Source: Savitreella phatthalungensis
Lineage: Eukaryota
NCBI GenBank assembly: GCA_051599415.1
Contig: AP039696.1
Span: 186,001 to 250,000, forward strand
Direction of reading: 5' to 3'
DNA length: 64,000 nucleotides
How positions within the stretch are numbered: position 1 is the stretch's first letter; each line of letters starts with the position of its first letter. Shown one piece after another: positions 30,773 to 41,892 of this stretch. The position numbers were made by a program, and so were the translations under genes. The notes beneath the pieces were generated by a model, which saw nothing but the letters and a program-made list of their open reading frames with translations, was not told where the DNA came from and searched no databases.

Positions 30773-32302
30773 ATGGCAGCCGGCGTGAAGCGTAAGGCTG
30801 CTGATGCCCTGACTAGCAGGTCAGATGAGTCAAAGTCACGCACAGCGCAGTTGAAGCGCATTAATACGCTTGTCGCTGGATTAGAGGATGGTCAGACGGC
30901 GCTCAACAACGTTACACACCTGCTAGATCTCGCGCGGGACGCTGATTCGGAGGGTAACTTGATCGATCCGGAAGTATGCCAACATGCTCGAGTCTCGTTG
31001 TATAAGGTCTTCAAGCGGCTTGTCTCGCTGGGTCGGCTGGACAAAGGGCCCGAGGAGGATACTGTATGCGCATGGCTGAGACAGCGGTACTCCGAACTGC
31101 AGCAGGTACTGATGTCGGGCCTGAAGCGTGCATCGTCCGCACACCAACTATCGTGCATCGCTCTATGCCTGCGATTGCTGCGCGACGACCCGCTCGCGCC
31201 CATGGGAAGAGGCACGTCCTTCTCGGTCGAGCCATACCGGCGACTACTCACAGCCATCCTGCGCGAGAAGCACCTGACTGCGTACACGAAGCAGGCCTTC
31301 CGCCAGGACTACCTCGACAAGTTCGTCGACCTGCGGTACCACTTCCACCGCATGGTCGCACGCATCTGCGACGACGTCCGCGAGAAGCAGGACACAAGGG
31401 CGAAGACGGTGCGTGACAATGCGCTCGAGCTTCTCGCAGGGATCGTCGTTCTACCCGACAAAGCAGTCGAGGATGAGCGGCGTTGGGTCACCCAGGCAGA
31501 GGGTTCAGAATACACGCTCGCCGCTCAGCGGAAGGCACTTAGCACAGCTTGGCTGGCGGCACTCAAATTCAGACTCACGACAGAGCAGTACCGATCGATA
31601 CTTGCAGTGCTCCCGAAGCGCGTGTTGCCGTACATGGCGATGCCGCAGCTGCTTGCGGACTTCTACAGCGACGCGTACGGCGCCGGCGGAGTGACCGCGC
31701 TCCTGGCCTTAAACGGCCTGTTCTTGCTGATGCAGAAACACAGACTCGACTATCCGCGCTTTTACCAGCAGCTGTACGCCCTTTTGACAGAGGAGACAAT
31801 ACACTCCCGATACCGCGCTCGGTATATGCGCGCGCTTGCGACCTTCCTCGACTCCGAGGGTGCATCAGCCTCTATGCTCGCCGCTTTCATCAAACGGCTC
31901 GGCCGGCTGTGTTTGACTGCGCCTCCCGGCGCTATCGTCGGCTCCCTACCGCTCATTTACAACCTTCTGAAGCGCCATCCATCCCTCATGCAGCTCATCC
32001 AGCGCACACCAACAGAGGCCTCACCCGCAAACGACCCGTACAACGCCGACGAAATCGACCCGGATGCAGCTGGCGCCCTCGCCTCCTCACTCTGGGAGCT
32101 TGCATCCCTCACAGCACATTACCACCCGTCAGTCGCCACCCTAGCCAGACTCCTCTCGGAACCATTCACGAGGCAGCCGTACGATCTAGAGGACTTCCTC
32201 GACCACAGCTACGCAACCCTCACAGACAACGAGCTCAAGGCAAAGGGCGCGATGAGAAAGCAAGTCCCAGTCAACACGAGTGCCCCAACGTCCCTGTGGT
32301 AG
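30773..32302 (+). CDS. NOC4: Nucleolar complex protein 4 (CBF/Mak21 family)
   Basis: LLALNGLF.LM..H.LDYP.FY..LY.LL, AAFIKRLGRL.L.APP, YNLLKRHP, SSLWEL..L..HYHP.V, LEDFLDHSY. Confidence 0.92.
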   Translation: MAAGVKRKAADALTSRSDESKSRTAQLKRINTLVAGLEDGQTALNNVTHLLDLARDADSEGNLIDPEVCQHARVSLYKVFKRLVSLGRLDKGPEEDTVCAWLRQRYSELQQVLMSGLKRASSAHQLSCIALCLRLLRDDPLAPMGRGTSFSVEPYRRLLTAILREKHLTAYTKQAFRQDYLDKFVDLRYHFHRMVARICDDVREKQDTRAKTVRDNALELLAGIVVLPDKAVEDERRWVTQAEGSEYTLAAQRKALSTAWLAALKFRLTTEQYRSILAVLPKRVLPYMAMPQLLADFYSDAYGAGGVTALLALNGLFLLMQKHRLDYPRFYQQLYALLTEETIHSRYRARYMRALATFLDSEGASASMLAAFIKRLGRLCLTAPPGAIVGSLPLIYNLLKRHPSLMQLIQRTPTEASPANDPYNADEIDPDAAGALASSLWELASLTAHYHPSVATLARLLSEPFTRQPYDLEDFLDHSYATLTDNELKAKGAMRKQVPVNTSAPTSLW

Positions 32303-32446
32303 AAAACAACGACGCTTATCAGAATAAGGTGCGTCGATTAAGCTTAATGTCTACAGAATGATGATGCATGGTAGTTTCGTGAGCTCTCGTCAGGACGTCT
32401 TGTCCTGTCATCGTGGTCGTGGTCGTTGTCTGCTTTGATGCGCCGC

Positions 32447-33472
32447 TCATGTAGCAGGCGTGAGATCTGGTTCAGTATCTCCGCGTAGATGACGGAGCAG
32501 CCTTGTGGACTGCTCGAATGTAAAGAGAGTGATTGCGCTAGAGGGTGCACTTTTGACAAGTGAAACAGCAAGACCGCGATACAACGCCCTTGGGCCTTCG
32601 TATTTGACGATCTCGCGAATACAGCGCAGCGTTCTGCCGCCCGTGTACCATCGCGCGCCTCGACCGCTGCCACTGCTCGCGACTTCGACCTCCGGGATGT
32701 CCTTGAACACGTACGCGTATGCGCGCGTTGGTCCCTGGACCTGGAGCCGCTTGCGTGCGGTGTCGAGTGGGAACACCCCGGTCTTTGACACCACTGCGGC
32801 GACAATCCCTGCAATTGCAGTATCAGCACCCACAAACCAACTTGGCCCATCCAAACCACCCACCCAACCACCAAACAACACGCGCAGCGGCTCATAGCAC
32901 CCAAACACCAACCCCATATACGGCACTATCTGAACCACACTCGCTGTCAGCCCGCGGTACAATCCGGAGACGCCCTCTGCGCGGATGATCTGCCCTACGA
33001 CAGGGATGATGCCGTGTGGTGAGGTGGAGGGGAGTGTGGGTGACTTGCCTGCGGCTGCGGCGAAGCGGGTGCGGAGGAGGTCGAATGGGTAGGTTGCTGC
33101 GGTGGCGAAAGCGCCTGCGCCTGCGCCTGCGACGAACGGTTTCACCCAGGACGGGGATGCGTGCGATGCGAAGGCGGTATCGTACGCCCGGCTCACACCG
33201 CCGTAAGCCCAGAACTGAGCGGCAGAGTAGCTCACGTACAGCCACGAAGCAGCAACGTTACCCTTCCAAAGCGCTCGCACACCTTCCTCCCGCACAATCA
33301 CCCGCACAGCGTCAAACGCGCCGCTGTACAAGGCAACAGACCCGCGCCGAGAAGCCTGAAGCTGCAGTCGGATCTTGACAACATCCAATGGAGAGATACA
33401 TGTCCGCGTGATCAACCCGGAAATCCCACCACACAAGATAGAGTCCAGTCCACCTGCACCTGCCTCTTTCAT
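32447..33472 (-). CDS. TPC1: Mitochondrial thiamine pyrophosphate carrier
   Basis: Three carrier repeats PLDVVKIRLQLQ / YPFDLLRTRFAA / FPLDTARKRLQVQGPTR; WKGNV; first ATG at 33472. Confidence 0.88.
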   Translation of the reverse strand: MKEAGAGGLDSILCGGISGLITRTCISPLDVVKIRLQLQASRRGSVALYSGAFDAVRVIVREEGVRALWKGNVAASWLYVSYSAAQFWAYGGVSRAYDTAFASHASPSWVKPFVAGAGAGAFATAATYPFDLLRTRFAAAAGKSPTLPSTSPHGIIPVVGQIIRAEGVSGLYRGLTASVVQIVPYMGLVFGCYEPLRVLFGGWVGGLDGPSWFVGADTAIAGIVAAVVSKTGVFPLDTARKRLQVQGPTRAYAYVFKDIPEVEVASSGSGRGARWYTGGRTLRCIREIVKYEGPRALYRGLAVSLVKSAPSSAITLFTFEQSTRLLRHLRGDTEPDLTPAT

Positions 33473-34057
33473 AGGAGGATGGCAAGGTACAGCGTATACG
33501 GAAGGGCTGCTTGAGCGTGTGAGATCAGGCAAAAGGTCTGCTGGTGTGTGGTTGTGGGTATGGATCCATTCAGGGCGGTCGTACAGGACGTGGGATGATG
33601 GTTATATTGATTGATCTTGAATTTGCACGTGCAAAGATACAGCTACCGAAGTCAAATGCAAGGATATACTGTTGACACTAGACAAGACGTCCCTCACTCA
33701 TCAAGTTACCCAGGATACTCACCGTAGATGATGAAGAAAAGATGATTTGTTCGATCTTGTCGTCTTCGATGTCGCTGCAGAGCATATTCCGCCCGGATTG
33801 ATTGCTTCCGCAATAGATGCCAATGGCCTACGATGACGCCATGCGTAGATACTTGAGGCTATGTGTATATCGCAGCATGATGAACCATGCAATACGCTGA
33901 GAGTGACATGCCCTTCGACTTTACTACAAAGGCAATTGCGAGCCAGGAGTGGTGATCAGGGTTACCTTGCCGGTGGAGCCTTCGATGTGCGTGGCGAGTA
34001 TGAGGCGAGCGCGAAGAGCGAGGCGGTGGAGGATGGGCCTGATTGTATGTCACTTCC

Positions 34058-35395
34058 TTATAGCTTCGGAGGTATGACGTCTTGAACCTTCTTGCCGTCG
34101 GACTTGCCTCGGGTTGCCAGTGCTCCCATGATGCGCATTTGCTGACGCATGCCGAGATCAATCAGGATTTCCTCTGATCCTCCTCCGACAACGATGACGC
34201 GGAGGTCTCTGGAGATCTGCTCGACACGGGCGCCTCTTGGTCCGTTGCGCTGGTATCCGAGGCCACCAAAGACCTGCTGACACTCGCGATTGACGAGCTC
34301 GAGCGTCCTGCCTGCGTTGACCTTGGCGAGGGCGGTGAGGCCTGCGAGATCGGCGTCTGCGTAGTTACGAGCGAAGTGGTAGAAGAGGGACTCGAGCTGG
34401 GCTTGTAGAGCCTCGATCATCTTGCCGGCCTGAGCGAACTTCAGTCGAATGATAGGCTGCTCGATGAGCTTCTTGCCGAATGTCTCACGCAGCTGCGCAT
34501 GTTCCCAGGCATCCTCCACACACACCCGAGACATCCGCAACGCCTGAATTGACAGCCACAAGCGCTCGTGGTTGAAGTTGCTCATGAAGATCCGGAAACC
34601 TTCGCCCTCTCTACCAACTAGGAATCGCGCCGGCACACGCACATCCTCAAACGAGATGAATGTCGAACCACTCGAGTTGACGCCGGAGTTCTCGAGCTTT
34701 CTCCGCGTGACGCCGGCGAGGTCGAGCGGAATCACCAGGCAGGAGATACCGCCGTGACCAGGACCGCCAGTCCTTACTGCAGCTGTGACATAGTCTGAAT
34801 AGATCGCATTGGTGATCCACTTCTTCGCACCGTTCACCACGTAGACGTCACTTTCCTTGCGCGCCGTCGTCTTGATGCCGGCAACGTCACTTCCGGCGTC
34901 TGGCTCCGTCACGCCGAGACAGATCCGCTTGTCGCCTCGCAGAATCGCTGGCAATAGCTCATCCTTGAGGGAGGCAGATGCGAAGTTGACGATCGGTGGA
35001 CATCCGATGATGTTGCCAGTGCCGAGCGCCCAGCTGACGCCAAGGTAACCGCATCGCATAAGCTCGTCGATCAGGATGAAGTCGTGGAAGGCGTCCCACT
35101 TGTCAGGAGAGATGCCGCCAGGGAGAGAGATGCCGGCTTTAGCAATGTACTCTTTTGCCAATGGATACACACTTGCAGCAGCATACCCAAGCTGAGCATG
35201 CCGTCTCTGAACAGCCTCGGGAACGTGACCTTCAGATTCCCAGTCTGCGCAATTAGGTGTCAATTCCTCATCGACGTACTTCCGAATCGTCTTGACGAGC
35301 GAGCGATGAGAGTCGTTGTAGTGCGGAGAGTCCAGGGTCGTGTACCACAAAGGATCCGCAAAGGGTACGGCCGTGCCAATGACTTCGGAGATCAT
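34058..35395 (-). CDS. Acyl-CoA dehydrogenase; C-terminal PTS1-like PKL
   Basis: CLGVTEPDAGSDVA, VNGAKKWITN, F..NFNHERL, RETFGKKLI, QVFGGLGY, GGGSEEIL. Confidence 0.92.
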   Translation of the reverse strand: MISEVIGTAVPFADPLWYTTLDSPHYNDSHRSLVKTIRKYVDEELTPNCADWESEGHVPEAVQRRHAQLGYAAASVYPLAKEYIAKAGISLPGGISPDKWDAFHDFILIDELMRCGYLGVSWALGTGNIIGCPPIVNFASASLKDELLPAILRGDKRICLGVTEPDAGSDVAGIKTTARKESDVYVVNGAKKWITNAIYSDYVTAAVRTGGPGHGGISCLVIPLDLAGVTRRKLENSGVNSSGSTFISFEDVRVPARFLVGREGEGFRIFMSNFNHERLWLSIQALRMSRVCVEDAWEHAQLRETFGKKLIEQPIIRLKFAQAGKMIEALQAQLESLFYHFARNYADADLAGLTALAKVNAGRTLELVNRECQQVFGGLGYQRNGPRGARVEQISRDLRVIVVGGGSEEILIDLGMRQQMRIMGALATRGKSDGKKVQDVIPPKL

Positions 35396-36013
35396 CTGAG
35401 AAGCTGGAAGGATCTGTGCGGAGGGAGCTCAGGGTGTGAAACAACGAAAAGTTCTAGTTCTCTGCTTCTGTACTTGGAAGGCAATGCGACGCGAAGGTCT
35501 AAGAGAAGAGTATGAAGAGAGAAACTTGTTGGTACGAAAGGAACGTCAGATCTGTGTCTCTGCGGAATTGACCTATCGAGTGAATGGATTGACTGGATTC
35601 CTTCGACTCCGTTGCTGTCCTGCATGCGCTTAATTTGCTTGCTTGTGCTGCGCTCCCGCTGAAATACTTTTCTCGGCTCCACGGAATTTTCCCCACAAAT
35701 ACAAAGACTGTTTCAAGTTAATGATTTTGTATCTAAACACGCTCAAAACTCAAAATTTAAATTCCATCTTTTCAGGGTCGCACAAAATTCCACGTCGGCA
35801 CAACCGAAGCTCGTACAAAAGAAGCCTTTGTACAACCCCGTGCACATCCCACCACATCTTCCCCACATAAATATACTGACTGGGCTATACACAGCTCTCG
35901 CTCTTTGCAGCAATATACAGCTTACAGCCCACAGCATAATCGAGGCCTGACGGTCTGAAGCCCATTGACGACGTGTTGGTCCACGAACGAGGAGTGTTAT
36001 TTGACGAGTGACG

Positions 36014-37699
36014 ATGTCGTCGCGTGTGGCTCAAGTCACAAAGCACGTCGCACCTGCATCCAGCATCACTGGTCCATTCTCTCCTGAGCTGCTAGAGACC
36101 ACGATCCATCAGCATCTGGTCAAGCAAGCCATTGCTGCACCAGACGCACCTGCCATCATCTCTCACTGGCAAAACATCACACTCACGTACCGCCAATTGG
36201 TGGACGCGTCTGACCATCTCGCTAGATTGCTGCTGGACGCCGGGGTCCAGGTGGGAGATCGCGTTGCCATCTGTGCGGGCAATTGTGTCGAGTACGTGAT
36301 ATTATTCTATGCCATTATCAAAATTGGCGCGATTGCGGTCGTTGTCAACCCATCATACACGGATACGGAGCTTTTAAGAGCGATGCGCGCTGCCGAGCCG
36401 AAGCTCCTGTTCATCCAGCGTACTCTCGGGGAGCGTTCGTTCGAGAAACACATTGCCCTACTCGAGCGGGAGTACGCGTCTTTGGGCCTGATTCTGGTAC
36501 ACGAGAGTGGCTATCGGGACTTTGTGAGCCGATCACCGAACGCAACCCTCACGACCGCAGACGATCCTTCCCTTGTCATCAACATGCAGTTCACCTCCGG
36601 CACAACGGGCGCGCCTAAAGCAGCCATGCTCACACACCGCAATGTCCTGAACAACGGCAGGTTCATTGGGGACGGAATGCGGCTCACGCCAGCAGACAAA
36701 CTGTGTATTCCGGTGCCGCTATTCCACTGCTTTGGGTTGGTGCTGGGGAACATGGCGGCGTTGTCGCACGGGGCGAGCGTCGTGTATCCGGCTGAAGTGT
36801 TTCGCGCGAGGGCTGTGCTGGAGGCAGTGACGCGACAGCGGTGCACGGGTGTGCATGCTGTGCCGACTATGTTCATCGCCATGCTGGAGCTGCTGGATCA
36901 GGAAGGGCCGGAAGGTGGGTTCGACCTGTCGTGTCTGAGGACAGGTATTGCAGCAGGCACGATCGTCAACGCACAACTCATGTCACGCATCCAGTCGAAA
37001 CTGTCACTACCAGGACTCACCATCGTCTACGGTCAGACAGAAACGTCGCCGGGATCAACAATGACCACCCAGGATGATCCCTTCGACAAGCGGACATCCA
37101 CCGTCGGCAAAGTCATGCCACACACAACAGTCAAGCTCTGTGACGACCGAGGTCACACCGTGCCTCGCGGCACAGCAGGCGAGGTGTGGGTCAGTGGGTA
37201 TCTGGTGCACGCTGGGTACTGGCGGGATGAGGCTGCGTCGGAGAAGACGCTGAGACGGGATCGGGCAACAGGCCAGGTATGGCTGAAGAGTGGCGATCTC
37301 GGGATCATGGATCACGAAGGATATCTTAGAATCTCAGGCAGAATCAAGGACCTGATCGTCCGCGGAGGCGAGAACATCTCGCCAGCGGAAGTCGAGAACA
37401 TCCTAGCAGCACACGACGACATCCTAGACGTCTCTGTCGTCGCGGTGGAAGACGACAAGTACGGTGAAGTCCCTTGCGCAATCATCATCCGCAGACCTCA
37501 CGTCGAGACTGCCATGACCAAGGAGAGTGTGAGAGCGTACGCCAAGGCCAAGATGGCACACTACAAAGTTCCACAGCACGTGCTTTTCCTAGGGGATCAA
37601 GGACTCCCTCAGGACTTTCCTAAAACAGCTTCAGGAAAGATTCAGAAATTCATCCTACGAGATCTCGCTCACAAAATTCTCAAGCCAGTCTCGAGCTGA
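36014..37699 (+). CDS. Acyl-CoA synthetase (ACSF2-like AMP-binding enzyme); N-terminal PTS2-like RVAQVTKHV
   Basis: QFTSGTTGAPKA, PVPLFHCFG, YGQTETSP, SGDLG, GRIKDLIVRGGENI, PKTASGKIQKF. Confidence 0.92.
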   Translation: MSSRVAQVTKHVAPASSITGPFSPELLETTIHQHLVKQAIAAPDAPAIISHWQNITLTYRQLVDASDHLARLLLDAGVQVGDRVAICAGNCVEYVILFYAIIKIGAIAVVVNPSYTDTELLRAMRAAEPKLLFIQRTLGERSFEKHIALLEREYASLGLILVHESGYRDFVSRSPNATLTTADDPSLVINMQFTSGTTGAPKAAMLTHRNVLNNGRFIGDGMRLTPADKLCIPVPLFHCFGLVLGNMAALSHGASVVYPAEVFRARAVLEAVTRQRCTGVHAVPTMFIAMLELLDQEGPEGGFDLSCLRTGIAAGTIVNAQLMSRIQSKLSLPGLTIVYGQTETSPGSTMTTQDDPFDKRTSTVGKVMPHTTVKLCDDRGHTVPRGTAGEVWVSGYLVHAGYWRDEAASEKTLRRDRATGQVWLKSGDLGIMDHEGYLRISGRIKDLIVRGGENISPAEVENILAAHDDILDVSVVAVEDDKYGEVPCAIIIRRPHVETAMTKESVRAYAKAKMAHYKVPQHVLFLGDQGLPQDFPKTASGKIQKFILRDLAHKILKPVSS

Positions 37700-37753
37700 T
37701 GGGCACAGGATAGCGATCGATATGGTAGGGTAGGACAGGATGGGACTATACAC

Positions 37754-37777
37754 GATGATGATGATGATGATGATGAT
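37754..37777. repeat. (GAT)8 microsatellite
   Basis: Direct reading. Confidence 0.9.
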
Positions 37778-38420
37778 AAAAGAAGGAGAGGAGGGGATTG
37801 ATTGGTGTGCGGTCTCATAGTCAAGCGCGAGTCACGGAGGAAAAGAATTTTACTTCTAGGACTCGAGCTCCGGCTTAACAGTGACCGCCGATGTGTATCT
37901 CTCACTCTTGACCACAAGAAGGGTGGAAGATCCGGAGGTAGAGAAGACGAAGTACAAGGACGAGATACCCCTTCAATGCACTAAACATCATTCATCCACC
38001 CCGCACAAAAGGAATCTCCCGTGACAAAAGCTGAAGTGCTACAGTACCGGCCGTCAATCAAACAACAACGGCCAGTTACCGGAGACGAAGTATCTGAGTA
38101 CTCTTCCCCGGCTGAGCTGGTCTGATTCCAGCTTTGTCACTTTGAGGAGAGAAGCAGTCAAGAGGTATTTTTGTTGTTGAAGGGTCTGGAGTGGGTATGG
38201 AGTGGGTGTGGTGGTGAGTATAGTGTGTGCATCCAGGGGAGTGATGCACGTGTGAGTGCTGTGTCTAGCCGGATCATCTATTCTGTGGATCACTCAATCA
38301 ATTCTTTATTAGTCAGATGCACACCAAACTTACTTGGAATTAAATTAGCGAAGATTCCTTCACTGTACTCACTGATCAAGCACTCATTCATTTACTCACT
38401 CATTCACTCACTCATTCATT

Positions 38421-38456
38421 CACACTCACACTCACACTCACACTCACACTCACACT
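38421..38456. repeat. (CACACT)6 microsatellite upstream of RIB3
   Basis: Direct reading; flanked by CACT/CATT degenerate repeats. Confidence 0.9.
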
Positions 38457-38795
38457 CTCACTCACGCACGCAATCACATGTATCCAGTATACTCTCAATC
38501 TCCACTCACACAGTCCACAGAATATTATCTTCCTCTTTGACTTGCAATGGGGGTTAAATTAATACAGCACACCATAACAGCTACCATCTAGTCTAAACAC
38601 TTCAGCAGAACATCTCTTCATTCACGAAAACCACACACCATCTGATCCACTACAGACACTTGCTCTCGCTCTCTCTCTCCTCTCCTCTTCTCCTCAAATT
38701 CACATCCTTATCCATATAACAACGCCAACAACCTTTCAATCATCTACTGGATCAAAAGACACATACTTCACAGCATTCTCCTACATCCTTCCTCC

Positions 38796-39413
38796 ATGCC
38801 AATTGTACCAATCGAAAGCGCACTCGAGGCCTTCGCCAACGGTGGCTTTCTCATCGTCATCGATGATCCTGGCAGAGAGAACGAAGGTGATCTCATCATC
38901 TCCTGTATACATATGACTCCTGCAAAGATGGCTTTCATGGTACGCTACACCTCAGGTCTGATATGCGTACCGATGCGAGAGTCTCGTCTAGCTGAACTCG
39001 GTCTACCAGATATGGTGGAGCGCAACGAGGAATCCCTCAGAACAGCATATACAGTCACATGTGATGCACGGACAGGCATCACCACCGGTATCTCCGCAGC
39101 AGACCGATCGCACACGTGCAGAGTGCTAGCAGATCCAGCCTCAGACGCCCTCCAGCTCGTCAGACCAGGTCACGTGCTACCACTCAGAGCCAGGGAAGGC
39201 GGCGTCATCGTCCGCGATGGTCACACAGAGGCAGCAGTCGATCTATGCAAGCTCTCAGGCCTACCAGAGTGTGCAGCCATTGCCGAGATCGTCCGGGATG
39301 AGGACGGCGAGATGGCACGCACTGAGGAACTGCTCGAGCTAGGGGAGAAATGGGGAATCAAGGTCATTACCATCAAAGATCTACGGCAATACCGGATCGA
39401 CAACAAGTTATAA
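38796..39413 (+). CDS. RIB3: 3,4-dihydroxy-2-butanone 4-phosphate synthase
   Basis: DDPGRENEGDL, TSGLIC, TTGISAADR, RPGHVLPL, RDGHTEAAVDLC. Confidence 0.97.
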   Translation: MPIVPIESALEAFANGGFLIVIDDPGRENEGDLIISCIHMTPAKMAFMVRYTSGLICVPMRESRLAELGLPDMVERNEESLRTAYTVTCDARTGITTGISAADRSHTCRVLADPASDALQLVRPGHVLPLRAREGGVIVRDGHTEAAVDLCKLSGLPECAAIAEIVRDEDGEMARTEELLELGEKWGIKVITIKDLRQYRIDNKL

Positions 39414-41892
39414 CCCTATTGGCGGTCTACAGAGTGGCAGCCTTCGTCGTCGAAGAGGTCGACTGCTCTGCATCTCCCTTTCTTTTCCCTTGCATCTGCA
39501 TCTACACATCATCCCAGGCGCGCACGCATATACTCATCTCGGTTTCAAAGCATCTTTCCTAACGCTGTATCTTCTTCCTCAGGAATTCCCCGAAGCTCGC
39601 AAATGTCTCAATCTCGGTCACAACTCGACTGGCAACCAGTGTGACCTGCATACCTGACGAGCCTTCCATCTTAGATCTCATTTCTGATCACAGCACGCAG
39701 AGCCGGTTTCCGCATCACGTGGCAGACTTTTCATCTGTGCTACGCGCCAATGTATCTAATAAGCAGCATTCTCCAGTCCGTCGATCGGTACTTGTCTTTC
39801 TCCCGTCCTATCGAGGCCAGGCGTCTCGTTTCCAGGCTCATTCACAGGCTCTCTCATCATCGCTCTGACTTCATTCTGCCTTTCGTTTTACCTTCACTCT
39901 CTTCCTCCTTCCCGTATGCCATCTCATGCCATGCAATGCCGTGCCGTGCACTACACGCCCTCGCTCAAATCTGTTTCCGTGCCCCCTACTTTCACATTCC
40001 GGACTACTCACCTTCCATTCGGCTCATGTCCTCGAGATCACATACACACCGATCCATCTCAAGTCAACCTCCCTATCGACAATCGCATCCTCAAGTTGGA
40101 ACATTGGCACACAAAGAGATCATCAACCACATTCGCCGTCATTCACATGACGTGGCATGGAGCCTCAGAGGCAAATCCCTGCCCGGCATCATTGCTTTCG
40201 TGATGAGTTGGGTTGATCACAATCTACAGCAGCAGGACACGAGCACCAGACCCCACACCCTGCCTGCCGCCCAGGCCTTATCTACACCGTCCTCGTGACC
40301 TCGGAGATGAGCCAGTCACAGTAGGCGCAAACAATCTGTTAATGCATCGGTGTCCCTTTCCCGTGCATCCCGAACAGGTCAACACAGCGGTCAGCCGGCA
40401 CTATCGAGCTGGATGGTCAATCTTCGAGCTCATCATGTGAGCATCCATCCCAAAGCATCTCTCTGCTGATCTATTCACGCTCCCGGTCACGGTGCTCATT
40501 CGTCTCCGTTTCTTATATATGGATCAGGATCTTCTCAGCATCATATTCGCTTGTCCGACAGGGCTGTTCGGAGGAGACGCTTCGAGTTGAGTTTCAATAC
40601 CGGGCGTCAAGACCGTTGCAGGCGCTCGAGGCCTGCTTCAACCATTGCTGACGACACTCGCTGGCCGAGACTTACGCAGACCACCGACCCGCGAACGCGC
40701 GAACGAATCACAACGCCTTCGACACAAACAGCTGGCGTTCGAGTGAGTGTGGATAACAATCTGGAACTCCAGGAAGTTCTGGCCCCTTTCGCGGAAGTAC
40801 CTCCCGAGCACACGCTTCACTGATCGACTTCGAGACTCACAAGTAGGCGCGTCTTGGTCATTACAGTTCGCGGCAAGCAGAACGGAGAACGGCGCCCAGA
40901 ACTGCAGCGTCACTCGCAAAAGGGCGCTGTAGAACGTGTCGTTCACGAGGACAATCAACCTCAACTTTCCTGCCTACTCCGTTCAGCCACCTGGTACAAG
41001 TGTGCGACAACACGCAAATCGCCACGCTCCCCCAAATCGTCCACGCACAAGGTTCTTGCGCCTCATCGCACACTGACGGCAGTCTGGCCAGAAGACTTCG
41101 GGGGTCCCAGAACAATCGCATCGGGATTACCTCGTGCTCAGCAATCTGAACGTGGTCTCCATTCGTACGTGCCACCCCTGCCAGTCTCAAACTCAAGATC
41201 CCAATCAAAATCTCTGGCCGACAGAGACAGAAAGAGAGAACGCTCATACACGCATCACAAACAGCCTTGACTTTCTTGGCACGACTCTAAATCGCGTGGC
41301 AAAACCACCAGAAGAGAAACCAGGATTCCAGTCGATCCCGACAATCTCGTGGAAAAGCTTAGCGCCTCGTTTCAAGAGATCGTCATCCACATCATACATC
41401 GCTCAACAGCCGAATCTAGCGTGTCCCAGCACCTACGTTACACACACGCTCGACCTTCTCCTACATACACACGATCTCGACCTCGAACGAATCTCCCACG
41501 ACTCTACTCTCAACAGTGCGACCACTCACCGATTGACTGGCAGACCGATTAGCTTACGTTTCTTGACATTCCCAGCAATTTCAATCCTCCAAAGACCTTC
41601 CGAGTCACGCTTGCGCGATTGATAGAGATCGAAAGATTGTCACTGAACAATCAGGCCCTTCTATCGATCTATCGAGCTTCTCCGTGTGCTTAGTCTTCTC
41701 TTCCCCTTCCGGTACCCGTGCGAGCTGCAGGACCGCCTTCACTGCTCGGACTTGCTTCCCCGAGCCGGATTCACACTCCTCAACCCCTTCTCCGCAGGGT
41801 TCCACCATCCTCTCCGTCTGCTAGGTTGACACGGTCTCCTCCCTCACCCCCGCTACGGCCAGTGAGAGTTGATTGAGGGCATACCTCGCACA

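Noticed and set aside
32447..39413. TPC1, NOC4 and RIB3 as members of the acyl-CoA cluster
   Set aside because: Housekeeping genes; no evidence beyond proximity
39411..39419. TAACCCTAT as a telomerase template
   Set aside because: Overlaps the RIB3 stop codon, is imperfect and has no supporting pseudoknot seen
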